A DNA stretch of 64,000 nucleotides from a bacterium (GCA_043800725.1 JAZDMR010000015.1:68065-132064); one strand, 5' to 3'. Shown: positions 37,431 through 48,158, counted from the stretch's first letter. Translations and numbers: made by a program. The notes: generated by a model from the sequence alone, not told the origin.

Positions 37431-38251
37431 AAATACTCATTTTAGGTTGCTGGGGCATGCTAGGGCATGAGCTCATGAAAATCTTTGAAAAAGAAGAGGT
37501 AAGGGGATGGGATTTTAAAGAGCTGGATATTACTGATCGAAAAGCAGTAGAAAAAGCCATTAACAAACTTGATCCAGAAGTGGTTATTAATGCGGCCGCA
37601 TATACTTCTGTGGATGATTGTGAAACTTCTATTGACAAGGCCCTGAAGATAAATGGCAATGCAGTCGGCTATTTAGCCAGTGCTTGCGCGCAAAACGGTT
37701 CTATTCTAGTGCATTTTTCCACCGATTATGTTTTTGACGGCAAAAAAAAGGCAGGTAACAGTGAAGAAGACATAATGGATCCGATTAACGTTTATGGTCA
37801 GTCAAAAGCCAAAGGCGAGCTTCTCATTCAGGAAGTAATGACTCGGTATTACATTGTCAGGACCTCTTGGTTGTATGGAAAAAACGGAAAAAATTTCGTG
37901 GATATGATGCTAAATATGGCCAAGGAAAAAAGAGTGGCCCGCGTAGTAAACGATCAAAATGGTTCGCCTACCTACGCTCTTGATTTAGCTGAAACAGTGG
38001 CTTTGATATTAAAAGAAGAAAAGCCCTTCGGGATTTATCATGTGACCAACAGCGGTTCTACCACTTGGTACGACTTTGCCCGGGAAATATTCAAGATTAT
38101 GAAACAAGACGTGCCTCTTCAGGCCGTAACCTCAAAGGAATTCCCTAGGGCAGCTAAGCGTCCGGAGTATTCTATATTATTAAATAGCAAATTAAAGCCG
38201 CTTCGTCCTTGGAAAGAAGCGCTTAGAGATTATTTAAATTTGAAAGGATAA
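37427..38251 (+). CDS. rfbD: dTDP-4-dehydrorhamnose reductase
   Basis: GMLG, NAAAYT.VD, STDYVFDG, YGQSK, VNDQ.GSPT. Confidence 0.95.
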   Translation: MKILILGCWGMLGHELMKIFEKEEVRGWDFKELDITDRKAVEKAINKLDPEVVINAAAYTSVDDCETSIDKALKINGNAVGYLASACAQNGSILVHFSTDYVFDGKKKAGNSEEDIMDPINVYGQSKAKGELLIQEVMTRYYIVRTSWLYGKNGKNFVDMMLNMAKEKRVARVVNDQNGSPTYALDLAETVALILKEEKPFGIYHVTNSGSTTWYDFAREIFKIMKQDVPLQAVTSKEFPRAAKRPEYSILLNSKLKPLRPWKEALRDYLNLKG

Positions 38252-38254
38252 TTT

Positions 38255-39004
38255 ATGAAAGGAGTGATATTAGCCGGCGGCATGGCCACTCGATTAAGGC
38301 CTTTAACCAAGGTTACCAATAAGCATTTATTGCCGGTTTTTAACAAGCCAATGCTTTATTATCCGATTGCCACATTAAGGCAGGCAGGATTGAAAGAGAT
38401 ATTAATAATTTCCGGCCGAGGGCATGCCGGACATTTGTTAGAGCTGCTTGGTTCAGGCAAAGAGCTGGGAGTTTCGTTTTCCTATGAAGTGCAAGAAGAA
38501 CCGGGAGGCATTGCCCAAGCCCTGGGTTTAGCTGAAAAATTTACCGAAGGAGAAAAGGTCGTTGTCATGCTGGGCGATAATATTTTGGTTGATAATATAA
38601 AAAATGCTGCTCAAGAATTTGAAAGACAGCCTCAGGGCGCAAAAATCTTTTTAAAAGAAACAAAGTATCCAAAATCTTTGGGTATCGCCCAAATTAATGG
38701 AGATAAAATTATTAATATTGAAGAAAAGCCCAAGCAGCCAAAATCAAATTTAGCCGTGATTGGATTATACATGTATGACAATACGGTGTTCGAGGTGATT
38801 AAAACCCTCAAACCTTCTGATAGGGGCGAACTAGAAGTTACTGATGTTAATAATTACTACGTTCAGCAAGGAAAAATGACCTATCAAGTACTTAATGGGT
38901 GGTGGGGCGATGGCGGAGAATCATTTGAGAGCTTGCTCGAGGCTGGGCAGCTAGTTGCTAATACCCTAAAAAAAACAGGAAAAGATCCTTGGAGCTTAAG
39001 CTAG
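38255..39004 (+). CDS. rfbA: Glucose-1-phosphate thymidylyltransferase (short form)
   Basis: GVILAGG.ATRLRPLT, LGDN, EKP, RGELEVTD. Confidence 0.93.
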   Translation: MKGVILAGGMATRLRPLTKVTNKHLLPVFNKPMLYYPIATLRQAGLKEILIISGRGHAGHLLELLGSGKELGVSFSYEVQEEPGGIAQALGLAEKFTEGEKVVVMLGDNILVDNIKNAAQEFERQPQGAKIFLKETKYPKSLGIAQINGDKIINIEEKPKQPKSNLAVIGLYMYDNTVFEVIKTLKPSDRGELEVTDVNNYYVQQGKMTYQVLNGWWGDGGESFESLLEAGQLVANTLKKTGKDPWSLS

Positions 39005-39022
39005 TGATAAATAATCTGAAAA

Positions 39023-40363
39023 TCATTCACGAATATTTAAAATTGACAATCGGCGTTGATCTGAAGGTCCCTGCCCGATGAGCAGACTTTTTTTATTGCT
39101 AAATACCTTATAAACTATCGGATCGATAATATTCGAAAAGCGGTTGGTAACGGTTTGATCGCTCAATAGGGTAATTATTTCTAGATCGTCTGAATTTGCA
39201 ATAATTAAAGTAAATCCGTTAATAAGCCAAGTAACCGCATTAAGACCGTAAATTTTTCGGGTTATCAGCCTATTATTGCCCAGATCGATAGAATAAAGCC
39301 GAAGTTCATTGCCATCACTGGTTAATAAATTATCATCGTTTGACCAGGAAATAAAAATTGTTGGGTCTGGAAGATTAATAGTGACCAGCTCATTATTCTG
39401 GCTGTGCCTAATCAGGGAGGTTGCTTTATTTGTTAGGTCATTTATCGCTAGCCAGTTGTTATGGGCGGGTAAAAATTGGTAATTTGTGCCGGGAAAGTTT
39501 TTTAATATTTCCAGATTATTGCTTGTTTGATCAAACCAGATTAGGTCTGTTGTCTGGCCTGAGGTTGAGAGAAAGTATCCACCCGATTTGTTAGGCTGGT
39601 ATTGATAAGCTTTTGCAGAGAATAAGAACCGAGATTTCTGAGAAAAAAGATCAATCTGATAAAGAGCAGTCGGGCTGGCACCTAGTAAAAGATCATCAGA
39701 ATCATTGCTCCACCATAGGTGAGTTAATGGATCAGGAATAAAATTTGACAGGAACACATATTGGCCTTGACGGTCTATTATCCTGAATCTTTTTTGAGAG
39801 GGCGACTCAAGCAATAAATACTTACTGTTTGGGGACCAGCTAAGAATAATATCATCGGTAAATTCGGGTAAGTGAAATTTTTCGCTTGAATTGTTTTTTG
39901 TATTAAGTATTTCTAAAAAGTTTTGTGAATTTTCTTGTAATACCGCTGCAAAAAAAACAGCTTGCTTATCGGGTATTAGTAAAATCGGACTGCCCTGCCA
40001 AAGATCCTTAAAAATCAGCTGTTCTTTCATTAAAGGTATATTGCTGAAGTTAACAGACTGTTTGGATTTTATTTGGAAGCTTGCCGACCAATCCTGATAA
40101 TCATCCCTGGATAAGGTTACTGAGTAGTCTCCGGGCTTAAGATTACTAAAACTGGCAGGTGTTATTTCTTTAGTTGGTAGTCCGTTTAAACTGATTTCTG
40201 CCCCTTTGGGACTGCTAGAAATCACAAATACTCCTGTTTGATAGAAAGACTGGTCATGAAAGCTGAATCGATAGCCGATTATGTAAAATATTATAATTGG
40301 CGCGCCAATTAAAAAAAGACCGACAGTTATAATAAAGTAAATTGTTCTGATTCTACGGGTCAT
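39023..40363 (-). CDS. PEGA-domain membrane-anchored protein with probable beta-propeller
   Basis: N-terminal TM, SSPKGAEISLNG...LKPGDYSVTLSR (PEGA), repeated WSP/WS motifs. Confidence 0.75.
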   Translation of the reverse strand: MTRRIRTIYFIITVGLFLIGAPIIIFYIIGYRFSFHDQSFYQTGVFVISSSPKGAEISLNGLPTKEITPASFSNLKPGDYSVTLSRDDYQDWSASFQIKSKQSVNFSNIPLMKEQLIFKDLWQGSPILLIPDKQAVFFAAVLQENSQNFLEILNTKNNSSEKFHLPEFTDDIILSWSPNSKYLLLESPSQKRFRIIDRQGQYVFLSNFIPDPLTHLWWSNDSDDLLLGASPTALYQIDLFSQKSRFLFSAKAYQYQPNKSGGYFLSTSGQTTDLIWFDQTSNNLEILKNFPGTNYQFLPAHNNWLAINDLTNKATSLIRHSQNNELVTINLPDPTIFISWSNDDNLLTSDGNELRLYSIDLGNNRLITRKIYGLNAVTWLINGFTLIIANSDDLEIITLLSDQTVTNRFSNIIDPIVYKVFSNKKSLLIGQGPSDQRRLSILNIRE

Positions 40364-40443
40364 TTTGACTGCTTGGACTGATTACGGTATGGTGATACCG
40401 AACGTTAAAATAGTTTAGCATTACCTAATATTCATTTCCAGCT

Positions 40444-41700
40444 ATGAAATTCACAATAGACGGACAACACCCTCTTTCAGGAGAAATTGAAGTAAATGGA
40501 GCGAAAAACGCCGCTTTAAAATTCATGGCCGCTAGTTTGCTAAGCAAAGAGCCTTGGACGCTAAAAAACGTGCCTGAAATTCAAGACGTGAAAATGATGC
40601 TTGAGTTATTGAAAGAGCTGGGAGTTGAGATTATCCATGATCAGCCCCATGTTTACACGCTAAATGCTAAAGATGTCAAGACCTCGGCTCTGCCAGAGGA
40701 GATGTCAGCCAAGCTGAGAGCATCAATCCTTTGCGTAGGGCCCTTGCTAGCTAGATTTGGTGAAGCAATTTTTTCTTATCCCGGAGGATGCATTTTAGGC
40801 AAGCGCCCGATTGACCTTTTTTTGGACAGCTATCAGGCTTTGGGTGCGGAATATCATGAGCACAATAATAAATTCACCGTAAAAGCTAAAAAAGGATTGT
40901 CCGGTAATAAGTTTATTTTTCCCTGGATTTCACATACGGTCACTGAAAGCTTGATTTTAACAGCGGCATTGTCACAGGGTAAAACAACAATAATTAATGC
41001 GGCCATGGAACCCGAGGTTGAATCTTTATGCCAATGGCTGAATTCTTTGGGCGCCAAAATCAGCAACGGGGGACACCATACAGTTGTTATCGAGGGAGTG
41101 GACAGTATTGGTGGAGGTGAAACAGAGATTATTCCCGATCGGATAGAGACGGGGACTTTTGCTGTATTAGGCAGCTTGGCTTCTGAGAGCCTAGTTATTA
41201 GGAAATGCCAGCCAAAACACCTAGAAGTCTTTTGGGAGCTCTTGAAGCGCGCAGGAGGAGAGGTAAAAGTAACAGATGATATAGTAGTCGTAAAAAGAGC
41301 AAAAACGCTTAAGGCATTAGAATTAAGGACTAGGGAGTATCCAGGATTTGCCACTGATCTTCAAGCTCCTTTTACAGTATTGTTAACACAGGCAAAAGGC
41401 CTAAGCCTGGTTCATGAGGTGATCTACGAAGGTAGGCTATTTTATACTGATACTTTGAATAAAATGGGCGCCAAAATAATCATGGCTGACCCGCATCGAG
41501 TGGTTATTGAAGGGCCTACGCCATTAGTCGGTAAAAAAATGGAATCTCCTGACATACGCGCTGGAATCGCCTTGGTTATTGCCGCTATAATTGCCCAGGG
41601 AACAAGCGTGATTGAAAATGCCAGCCAGATAGACCGCGGCTATGAAAAAATAGATGATCGGTTAAAATCTTTGGGGGCAAAAATACACAGAGATGACTAA
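40444..41700 (+). CDS. murA: UDP-N-acetylglucosamine 1-carboxyvinyltransferase
   Basis: GAKNAAL, PGGCILGKRPID, IPDRIE, PGFATDLQ, DIRAG, IDRGYE. Confidence 0.97.
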   Translation: MKFTIDGQHPLSGEIEVNGAKNAALKFMAASLLSKEPWTLKNVPEIQDVKMMLELLKELGVEIIHDQPHVYTLNAKDVKTSALPEEMSAKLRASILCVGPLLARFGEAIFSYPGGCILGKRPIDLFLDSYQALGAEYHEHNNKFTVKAKKGLSGNKFIFPWISHTVTESLILTAALSQGKTTIINAAMEPEVESLCQWLNSLGAKISNGGHHTVVIEGVDSIGGGETEIIPDRIETGTFAVLGSLASESLVIRKCQPKHLEVFWELLKRAGGEVKVTDDIVVVKRAKTLKALELRTREYPGFATDLQAPFTVLLTQAKGLSLVHEVIYEGRLFYTDTLNKMGAKIIMADPHRVVIEGPTPLVGKKMESPDIRAGIALVIAAIIAQGTSVIENASQIDRGYEKIDDRLKSLGAKIHRDD

Positions 41701-42940
41701 TCCGGAAGAAGACTTAAATAAAAAGACTCCTGTTCGCCAGCCCGTCGTCAGAAGGTCTATCGGAATTTTATTAGTATTCATTGCCGGATTTTGGTTGGGC
41801 TCTTTTTTTAATCAAGCTACCGGACAAAGATCAAACTCTCTGGTTGAGACAATCTCACGACTTGCCGGCCAGTCCTCAGAGCTGGATGTTTTTGAAAAAG
41901 TATGGAATTCCATAAAGCAGGATTATGCTTATCAGCCAGTTGAAAACGCACAGTTAATCGAAGGAGCGATTGCCGGGATGGTTAATAATCTGGATGACCC
42001 TTATAGTATTTATTTAAACAAGCAGAGCACTCAAGAATTTTTAAACGAAATTCAGGGAAATTTTGAGGGTATTGGAGCTGAGGTAGGCATAAAAAATGGC
42101 CAGCTAGTAATAATTGCGCCCTTGTCAGACTCTCCTGCTGAACAAGCCGGGTTAAAAGCCGGTGATGCTATTTTAGAAATTGACGGCCAAATTGCACAAT
42201 ATTTGACACTTGATCAGGCTGTTGATCTATTGCGAGGCGCTAAGGAAACAAAAGTTGAAATTTTGGCAAAGCAGGGCGAACAAGAATCCAGGCTGGTTAC
42301 CGTAACTCGCCAAGAAATTAAAGTTGACAGCACTAAAATGGAACGACGTGATTTGCCTGAACCAGATCAAGGTGAATATATTTATATAAAAATATCTAAT
42401 TTCAGTGAAAAAACCGCTGATGAAATACAAGCCTTTATTAACGAGATAGTGCTTGAGACGCCTAGAGGAGTTGTTCTGGATCTACGTAATAATCCAGGGG
42501 GATATTTGCAATCAGCCATTGATGTATCCAGTTTATTCTTGGAGGACAATGAGATAATTCTTTATGAAGAAAGAGGCGACGAGCGAGTGGCCTATCGGGC
42601 TGATGGAAGACATGAATTAAGCCAGTACGCGATGGCAATATTAGTAAATAACGGAACTGCTTCAGCTGCAGAAATTGTTGCCGGCGCTCTGCATGATAAT
42701 CATCAAGCAATAATAGTCGGACAGACTACTTTTGGCAAAGGCACTGTTCAGGATTTTATTGAATTAAATAACGGGGCGAGCTTTAAATTGACTGTTGCCA
42801 AATGGTTAACCCCCGATGAAATATCTATTAGCGAGCAGGGGATTAGTCCTGATATCGAAGTAGTCAATACTGCGGATGATTATAACAATGACCGCGATCC
42901 TCAGCTAGATGAAGCAATCAAGCGCCTTCTTGAACAATAA
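41693..42940 (+). CDS. ctpA: S41 C-terminal processing peptidase with PDZ domain
   Basis: DPYS, GIGAE, DLRNNPGG, GTASAAEI, TFGKGTVQ. Confidence 0.92.
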   Translation: MTNPEEDLNKKTPVRQPVVRRSIGILLVFIAGFWLGSFFNQATGQRSNSLVETISRLAGQSSELDVFEKVWNSIKQDYAYQPVENAQLIEGAIAGMVNNLDDPYSIYLNKQSTQEFLNEIQGNFEGIGAEVGIKNGQLVIIAPLSDSPAEQAGLKAGDAILEIDGQIAQYLTLDQAVDLLRGAKETKVEILAKQGEQESRLVTVTRQEIKVDSTKMERRDLPEPDQGEYIYIKISNFSEKTADEIQAFINEIVLETPRGVVLDLRNNPGGYLQSAIDVSSLFLEDNEIILYEERGDERVAYRADGRHELSQYAMAILVNNGTASAAEIVAGALHDNHQAIIVGQTTFGKGTVQDFIELNNGASFKLTVAKWLTPDEISISEQGISPDIEVVNTADDYNNDRDPQLDEAIKRLLEQ

Positions 42941-42944
42941 AGGT

Positions 42945-43235
42945 ATGGCTGAAAAAAATAATGAGACAGTGGAATTAAGGCTTGAAGGGAAAGTTCAAGG
43001 TGTTTTATTGAGAGAAAGCTTAAAAACTAAGGCTAAATCGTTAAAAATAACAGGCTTAGTAAGAAATCAAATTGATGGAAGTGTGAAGTTAATAGTCCAA
43101 GGAAATAAAAACAAGGTGGAAGAGCTGATCAGCTGGCTAAAAAATAAACCGTTATCTTTGGCAGAAATAATAATAAAATTACAAGATAGAATTGATCAGC
43201 CAAAAGAGTTTCACGACTTTCAGATAATATGGTAA
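42945..43235 (+). CDS. acyP: Acylphosphatase
   Basis: GKVQGV..R and GLVRN..DGSV; start taken at MAEK. Confidence 0.85.
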   Translation: MAEKNNETVELRLEGKVQGVLLRESLKTKAKSLKITGLVRNQIDGSVKLIVQGNKNKVEELISWLKNKPLSLAEIIIKLQDRIDQPKEFHDFQIIW

Positions 43236-43256
43236 AATATTCCAAGTAATTGACTT

Positions 43257-43706
43257 ATGAAAATAATTCTAAAAAGTAAAGTAAATGGCCTGGGCCAGGC
43301 CGGCGAGCTGTGTCGAGTTAAACCAGGATATGCCCGCAATTATCTAATTCCTAAAGGATTGGCCGAAGAGGCAACGGAGGAAAAAATAAAAATCGCCCAA
43401 ATTCTGATTGAGAAAAATAAGAAAACAGATAATAAAAATAAAACTAGCGTTGTACGGTTAATTGATAAATTATCCAATCAAACAATAAAAATTATCTCAT
43501 CCAGTACATCCGAAGGCAAGCTTTATGGCAGTATTGGCATTAAGGAACTTATTTTGGCAATTAAAGATCAACTGGGACTAGAGGTGGGTTCTGGGATTAA
43601 TTTTAATCCAGAAATAATTAAGCATACTGGCACTCACAAAATTGCCTGTTATTATTCTGATAATAAAAAAGTGAAAATTACCCTGATAGTTAAACCTAAG
43701 AATTAA
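43257..43706 (+). CDS. rplI: 50S ribosomal protein L9
   Basis: GLGQAG...VKPGYARNYLIP, GKLYGSI. Confidence 0.95.
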   Translation: MKIILKSKVNGLGQAGELCRVKPGYARNYLIPKGLAEEATEEKIKIAQILIEKNKKTDNKNKTSVVRLIDKLSNQTIKIISSSTSEGKLYGSIGIKELILAIKDQLGLEVGSGINFNPEIIKHTGTHKIACYYSDNKKVKITLIVKPKN

Positions 43707-45358
43707 TGGCTATTAAATCAGATACAAAGTATATATTTGTAATGGGAGGAGTATTGTCTGGTTTAGGCAAAGGAATTGCCGTATCATCAATAGCTAAACT
43801 ACTGCAGAGCAAGGGTTATCGAGTAACGGCCATGAAAATTGACCCTTATGTTAATGTTGACGCCGGGACTATGAATCCAATCGAGCATGGAGAGGTTTTT
43901 GTTACAGCTGACGGCCTGGAGACTGATCAGGATATTGGTAATTATGAAAGATTTTTAAATACTGAACTGACAAGAATTAATTATATGACCACTGGTCAGG
44001 TTTACCTGTCAGTAATTAAAAAAGAAAGAAATCTTGAATATGGAGGAAAATGCGTCGAAGTAGTACCCCACATACCTGAGGAAGTTATCAGAAGAATCGT
44101 CAAAGTAGGTAACAAGACCAAAGCAAACTTTGTTTTGATAGAAATTGGTGGAACAGTGGGCGAGTATCAAAATTTAATCTTTTTAGAAGCGGCCAGAATG
44201 ATGCATCTGAAAAAGAAAGGCTGTGTTCAGTTTATCTTAGTTAGCTATTTTCCAATACCCTCAAAACTGGGTGAAATGAAGACCAAGCCGACTCAATATG
44301 CTATCAGAACATTGAACTCTGCGGGTATACAGCCGGATTTTATTTTAGGTAGATCTGAACGTCCACTGGATATGCCTCGCCGGGAAACATTGTCGAATAA
44401 TTGTAATATTGATACTAAGGATATTATTTCAGCGCCAGACGTTGATAATATTTATAAAATACCTCTGATATTAGAAAAACAAAAATTAGCCGAAAGGATA
44501 CTTGCCAAATTTGGTATCAAAGCAAAAAAGACTGATTTAAATGAGTGGAATAAGATTGTAAGAACTGCGGAGAAATCACAGAGGAAAGTCAAGATTGCCA
44601 TAGTTGGAAAATATTTTACTACCGGCAATTACACCCTGGTTGACTCGTACATATCAGTAATTGAAGCTGTTAAACATGCTGCTTGGGCCAATAAAGTAAC
44701 CCCTGAGTTTCATTGGGTTGAATCTGAGGCTTATGAGAAGAAAACGTCTCAAATAAAAGAATTATTGGATTATGATGGAATAATTGTGCCTCAAGGATGG
44801 GGATCAAGAGGCTCGGAAGGAAAGATAAAAGCCATCCAATACGCCAGAATTCACAAAATACCTTATTTTGGATTATGTTATGGAATGCAGATGGCTGTTG
44901 TCGAATTCGCTCGCCATGTGGCTGGGCTAAAAAACGCTAATTCACTGGAAATAAATCCGAAAACACCCTATCCAGTAATTCATATTATGCCCGAACAAGA
45001 AAAATATTTACAAAAAAAACAGTATGGAGGAACAATACGGTTAGGCGATTGGCCTTGCAGGTTAGTTAAAGGAACCCGTGTAAGACAGGCATACGGAAAA
45101 CAGCTAGTTCAGGAAAGACATCGCCATAGGTATGAATTCAATCTTCAATACCAGGATAAACTTACCAAGAAAGGTTTAGTGATCTCAGGAACTTCTCCGG
45201 ACAAGAAGCTTATTGAAACTATTGAACTATCTGACCATCCATTTTTTATGGGAACTCAATTTCATCCGGAATATAAATCTTGTCCAGAAAATCCGCATCC
45301 TTTGTTTGTTGCCTTTATTAAGGCTAGCCTTAAACCAAATAAAGTCAGAAATAAATAA
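43706..45358 (+). CDS. pyrG: CTP synthase
   Basis: GGVLSGLGKG, KIDPY.NVDAGTM, KTKPTQ, GLCYGMQ, ERHRHRYE, QFHPE. Confidence 0.98.
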   Translation: MAIKSDTKYIFVMGGVLSGLGKGIAVSSIAKLLQSKGYRVTAMKIDPYVNVDAGTMNPIEHGEVFVTADGLETDQDIGNYERFLNTELTRINYMTTGQVYLSVIKKERNLEYGGKCVEVVPHIPEEVIRRIVKVGNKTKANFVLIEIGGTVGEYQNLIFLEAARMMHLKKKGCVQFILVSYFPIPSKLGEMKTKPTQYAIRTLNSAGIQPDFILGRSERPLDMPRRETLSNNCNIDTKDIISAPDVDNIYKIPLILEKQKLAERILAKFGIKAKKTDLNEWNKIVRTAEKSQRKVKIAIVGKYFTTGNYTLVDSYISVIEAVKHAAWANKVTPEFHWVESEAYEKKTSQIKELLDYDGIIVPQGWGSRGSEGKIKAIQYARIHKIPYFGLCYGMQMAVVEFARHVAGLKNANSLEINPKTPYPVIHIMPEQEKYLQKKQYGGTIRLGDWPCRLVKGTRVRQAYGKQLVQERHRHRYEFNLQYQDKLTKKGLVISGTSPDKKLIETIELSDHPFFMGTQFHPEYKSCPENPHPLFVAFIKASLKPNKVRNK

Positions 45359-45380
45359 TTATTCTGCTTATTGGATTATA

Positions 45381-45659
45381 TTATTTTGGTTCTACCGAAA
45401 CAAATTTACGAGTTATTAGGTTGTTGTCGAAATGCCTAATTTTTTTCGCGTGATATCTAACCTTTCCGCTGATTAAAGCAAAGAGGGTATCATCATTTCC
45501 GCGGCGAACATTTTTGCCTGGACGAAACTTGGTTCCCCGCTGACGAATTATTACTTCACCAGCAGACACCAGCTGACCGCCATAGCGCTTAATACCTAGC
45601 CTTTGACCGGTAGAGTCTCGTCCTAGGGAGGTTGAACCTCCTGATTTTGTATGGGCCAT
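45381..45659 (-). CDS. rpmA: 50S ribosomal protein L27
   Basis: [14 protein letters not shown]...RLG.K, RQRGTK. Confidence 0.97.
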   Translation of the reverse strand: MAHTKSGGSTSLGRDSTGQRLGIKRYGGQLVSAGEVIIRQRGTKFRPGKNVRRGNDDTLFALISGKVRYHAKKIRHFDNNLITRKFVSVEPK

Positions 45660-45687
45660 ATTCTATATTAATTTCAAATTCTGGATT

Positions 45688-45716
45688 ACTCTAACATTAG
45701 AAGTTAATCCAGTCAA
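45688..45716 (-). promoter_or_regulatory. Putative sigma70 promoter for rpmA
   Basis: Minus strand TTGACT-17-TAGAGT with TGn. Confidence 0.6.
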
Positions 45717-45719
45717 GAA

Positions 45720-46010
45720 TTATTTAATAATTATATCAGAATTAAAGATATTTTGAAGTTGATTAGGCTTTGAACGTGATTGCCAGGAACGTTCTTTAGT
45801 AACTAATTCCTCATATTCTTTGGTTAATATCTGTATTTGACTTCTCTGAGTTACCGCAGGATCAAGTTCTGGCGGACTGATTATCACTCGGTACCAATTA
45901 TTATAAAAAAACACTATAATCAGTAAAATTAGCAAAGCACCTAATATCCAAAAAATACATTTTTGTAGCCTCTTTAAAAAAGATAATGACGGGTGATGAA
46001 ATAGCTTCAT
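45720..46010 (-). CDS. Single-TM hypothetical protein at the end of the pil operon (PilP position)
   Basis: N-terminal TM; 4-bp overlap with the PilO-like gene. Confidence 0.55.
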   Translation of the reverse strand: MKLFHHPSLSFLKRLQKCIFWILGALLILLIIVFFYNNWYRVIISPPELDPAVTQRSQIQILTKEYEELVTKERSWQSRSKPNQLQNIFNSDIIIK

Positions 46011-46555
46011 TCATTGCTCCAAAAGGCCTTACCAATAATATCAAGTGAAACTAGCTCTGATAAATTCGAAGGGCTAGTTTCTCGTGAGGTAGATATTGAA
46101 CGGCTCAGGAAAATTGAGTCTGCTTTTACTGTCCAGGCAAAATTCTCTAGAGCAAAAAAGAATTGTATTGTCTGGGTTAAATATCCCGTAACTCTTAATT
46201 CTAAGTTTCCTTCATTAGAGTTACTTTCTGGCTGATCAAATGTTTTAACATCAAGTTCTACTTTATTTAACGTAGCCAGATCTTCTATCTGAGTGATAAA
46301 ATCTAAAGCTTGCGCGGGATCGATAAGTTTTTCATTTAAAAAAACTATTTTATTCTCCAGTTCTGAACTGCGAGATTTTAAATCGGCTGTTCTCTGGCTT
46401 AATTGTTCAATATCAAATTGAGTTATTCTGTTCTCATCAATAGTTGCTTTTTGCTCTTCAATTTTTTGCCAACTGGGAAAAATAACTAGAGCAATAATAA
46501 TCAGACTTATCAGAAGCGGAGTAAAAGCGATAATTCTTTTTTTCTTAATCTTCAT
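46007..46555 (-). CDS. pilO: Type IV pilus assembly protein PilO-like
   Basis: TM, coiled coil and ferredoxin-like region (FITQIEDLA, G.L.....FF.ALE); synteny. Confidence 0.7.
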   Translation of the reverse strand: MKIKKKRIIAFTPLLISLIIIALVIFPSWQKIEEQKATIDENRITQFDIEQLSQRTADLKSRSSELENKIVFLNEKLIDPAQALDFITQIEDLATLNKVELDVKTFDQPESNSNEGNLELRVTGYLTQTIQFFFALENFAWTVKADSIFLSRSISTSRETSPSNLSELVSLDIIGKAFWSNE

Positions 46556-47112
46556 AAGCCGTTGCTTGTTGAAAAATTCTCAGAAAAAGTCGTTTGAAGA
46601 ATAAAATTGATAGTATCTCTGCTCAATAAATCAGTAATCGGCAAATTTACTTCTGTAAACCAATTTGTTTCCAATAGAGAGTCTTTTAAGGAAAGGTAAC
46701 TAGTTCGATCCTGGGCAATACCGCGAAGCTCAAAGCTGTTCTGATTAGTATCTATTGATATTCTTTCAACGGAAATTCCCCTAGGAATCTTTTGGATTAA
46801 TTCAGCCAGGATATTTGATAAAGGCAATTGTTCGCTGGTAATGGAGTCTATTAACTTGACTTTAGTATTAAATTCTTTAATTTGCGCTTCCAGGGAAGTA
46901 GTTTCCTTGATTGTTTGAGATTGACGTAAATCAGATATTGATTTTTCTAAAAATTGGTTATGTTGAGTCAAGAGCCAGAGATTCAAATATATAATAATTG
47001 CCAGTATTCCAGCGACTATTAAAAAAATAAAAGAATTACTCTGGAGGGCTATTAGTTTTTGCTCCTTAGAAAGTTCTTCTTTATCGCTGGACGGTAAGAA
47101 GTTGAGGGACAT
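46552..47112 (-). CDS. pilN: Type IV pilus assembly protein PilN
   Basis: LNFLP N-terminal motif, TM, coiled coil, IPRGI, LRGIA. Confidence 0.8.
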   Translation of the reverse strand: MSLNFLPSSDKEELSKEQKLIALQSNSFIFLIVAGILAIIIYLNLWLLTQHNQFLEKSISDLRQSQTIKETTSLEAQIKEFNTKVKLIDSITSEQLPLSNILAELIQKIPRGISVERISIDTNQNSFELRGIAQDRTSYLSLKDSLLETNWFTEVNLPITDLLSRDTINFILQTTFSENFSTSNGL

Positions 47113-48146
47113 TATTGTCGTAAAGCTAGGCCTAAAGTAGTAGTAAGTGATCTTTGCATGTCATCATCAATTTCCAGAGTATTTTTTATGTTATTGATGG
47201 ATAAAGGTAAGGGCTGATAAACTGGAACTCGTAACTCTTCCGCCAGAGTATCGGCCAGACCGGGCAGGGTACTGCCTCCACCGGTAATTAAGATGCCAGT
47301 AAATCGTTGGAGGGGTACAGGCAGATGATTAATAGCAAATTGTTCAACTACCCCGATCCTTTGTATCAGGCTGTTAAACCTTGGTAAAAGTGTGCGTCGA
47401 ATTTCGCCCTTACCTTGCTTGGGGAGTAAACCAAATAAGCATTTGGCTTTTTCTGCCTGACCGGGTGTAAGATGCAGATGATCGGCAATATGCTGGGTAA
47501 GTGTATTGCCGGAAAAATCAGAAGAGGATGAGGTAAAAAAGATTGTGCCGTTGTTAACGATTAAGACTGTCGTGATGCTGGCGCCAAAATCAATAATCAG
47601 CATGGTTTTATGCTGGAAATCAGGTGAGATTATACCGCGCACCAAAGCGTAAGATTCAGGCTCTAGAGATATTGGAATAAGATCCATACTCTTAATTATT
47701 TTAGTGTAGTCCTCAATAATATTCTTGGGTATCGCCCCGACAGAGATCTGGGTTTTATTTTTATTAGAATTAATAATTTCCCAATCAAATAAAATATCCT
47801 CGATATTAAAAGGGATGTTTTGGAGAGCTTCCATTTGGATTAGGTCGGCGTTATTTTCATCTTTTTTATCCACGCTAATTACTGACATAAAGACATGCGG
47901 TTCAGGTATTGCCAATGAGACGTATTGACTGCGAATCCTCTTACCTTTAGCTGTTTGAATGGCCCTTTTTATACAGGATTGTACTTGATCGGCTCGTTCA
48001 ATAATACCATTTAACACAGAACCTTTAGGAAGACTAATTGAATTATATGAAGTTAGCTCAATAGTCCGACGTCCCTTTTTCATTTGGACAAGGCGTATTG
48101 CTAAATCATCAATTTCTAAAGCAATAAAGTTTTTAAATTTTGACAT
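47112..48146 (-). CDS. pilM: Type IV pilus assembly protein PilM
   Basis: Actin-like fold: IIDFGAS.T, AEKAK, ITGGGS.LPGL, LGLALR. Confidence 0.9.
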   Translation of the reverse strand: MSKFKNFIALEIDDLAIRLVQMKKGRRTIELTSYNSISLPKGSVLNGIIERADQVQSCIKRAIQTAKGKRIRSQYVSLAIPEPHVFMSVISVDKKDENNADLIQMEALQNIPFNIEDILFDWEIINSNKNKTQISVGAIPKNIIEDYTKIIKSMDLIPISLEPESYALVRGIISPDFQHKTMLIIDFGASITTVLIVNNGTIFFTSSSSDFSGNTLTQHIADHLHLTPGQAEKAKCLFGLLPKQGKGEIRRTLLPRFNSLIQRIGVVEQFAINHLPVPLQRFTGILITGGGSTLPGLADTLAEELRVPVYQPLPLSINNIKNTLEIDDDMQRSLTTTLGLALRQ

Positions 48147-48158
48147 TTTTATATTAGC

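Noticed and set aside
40854-41354. Long antisense ORFs (also 58342..58767, 34850..35179, 31815..32141 and similar)
   Set aside because: They are shadows of well-conserved genes on the opposite strand and have no motifs of their own.
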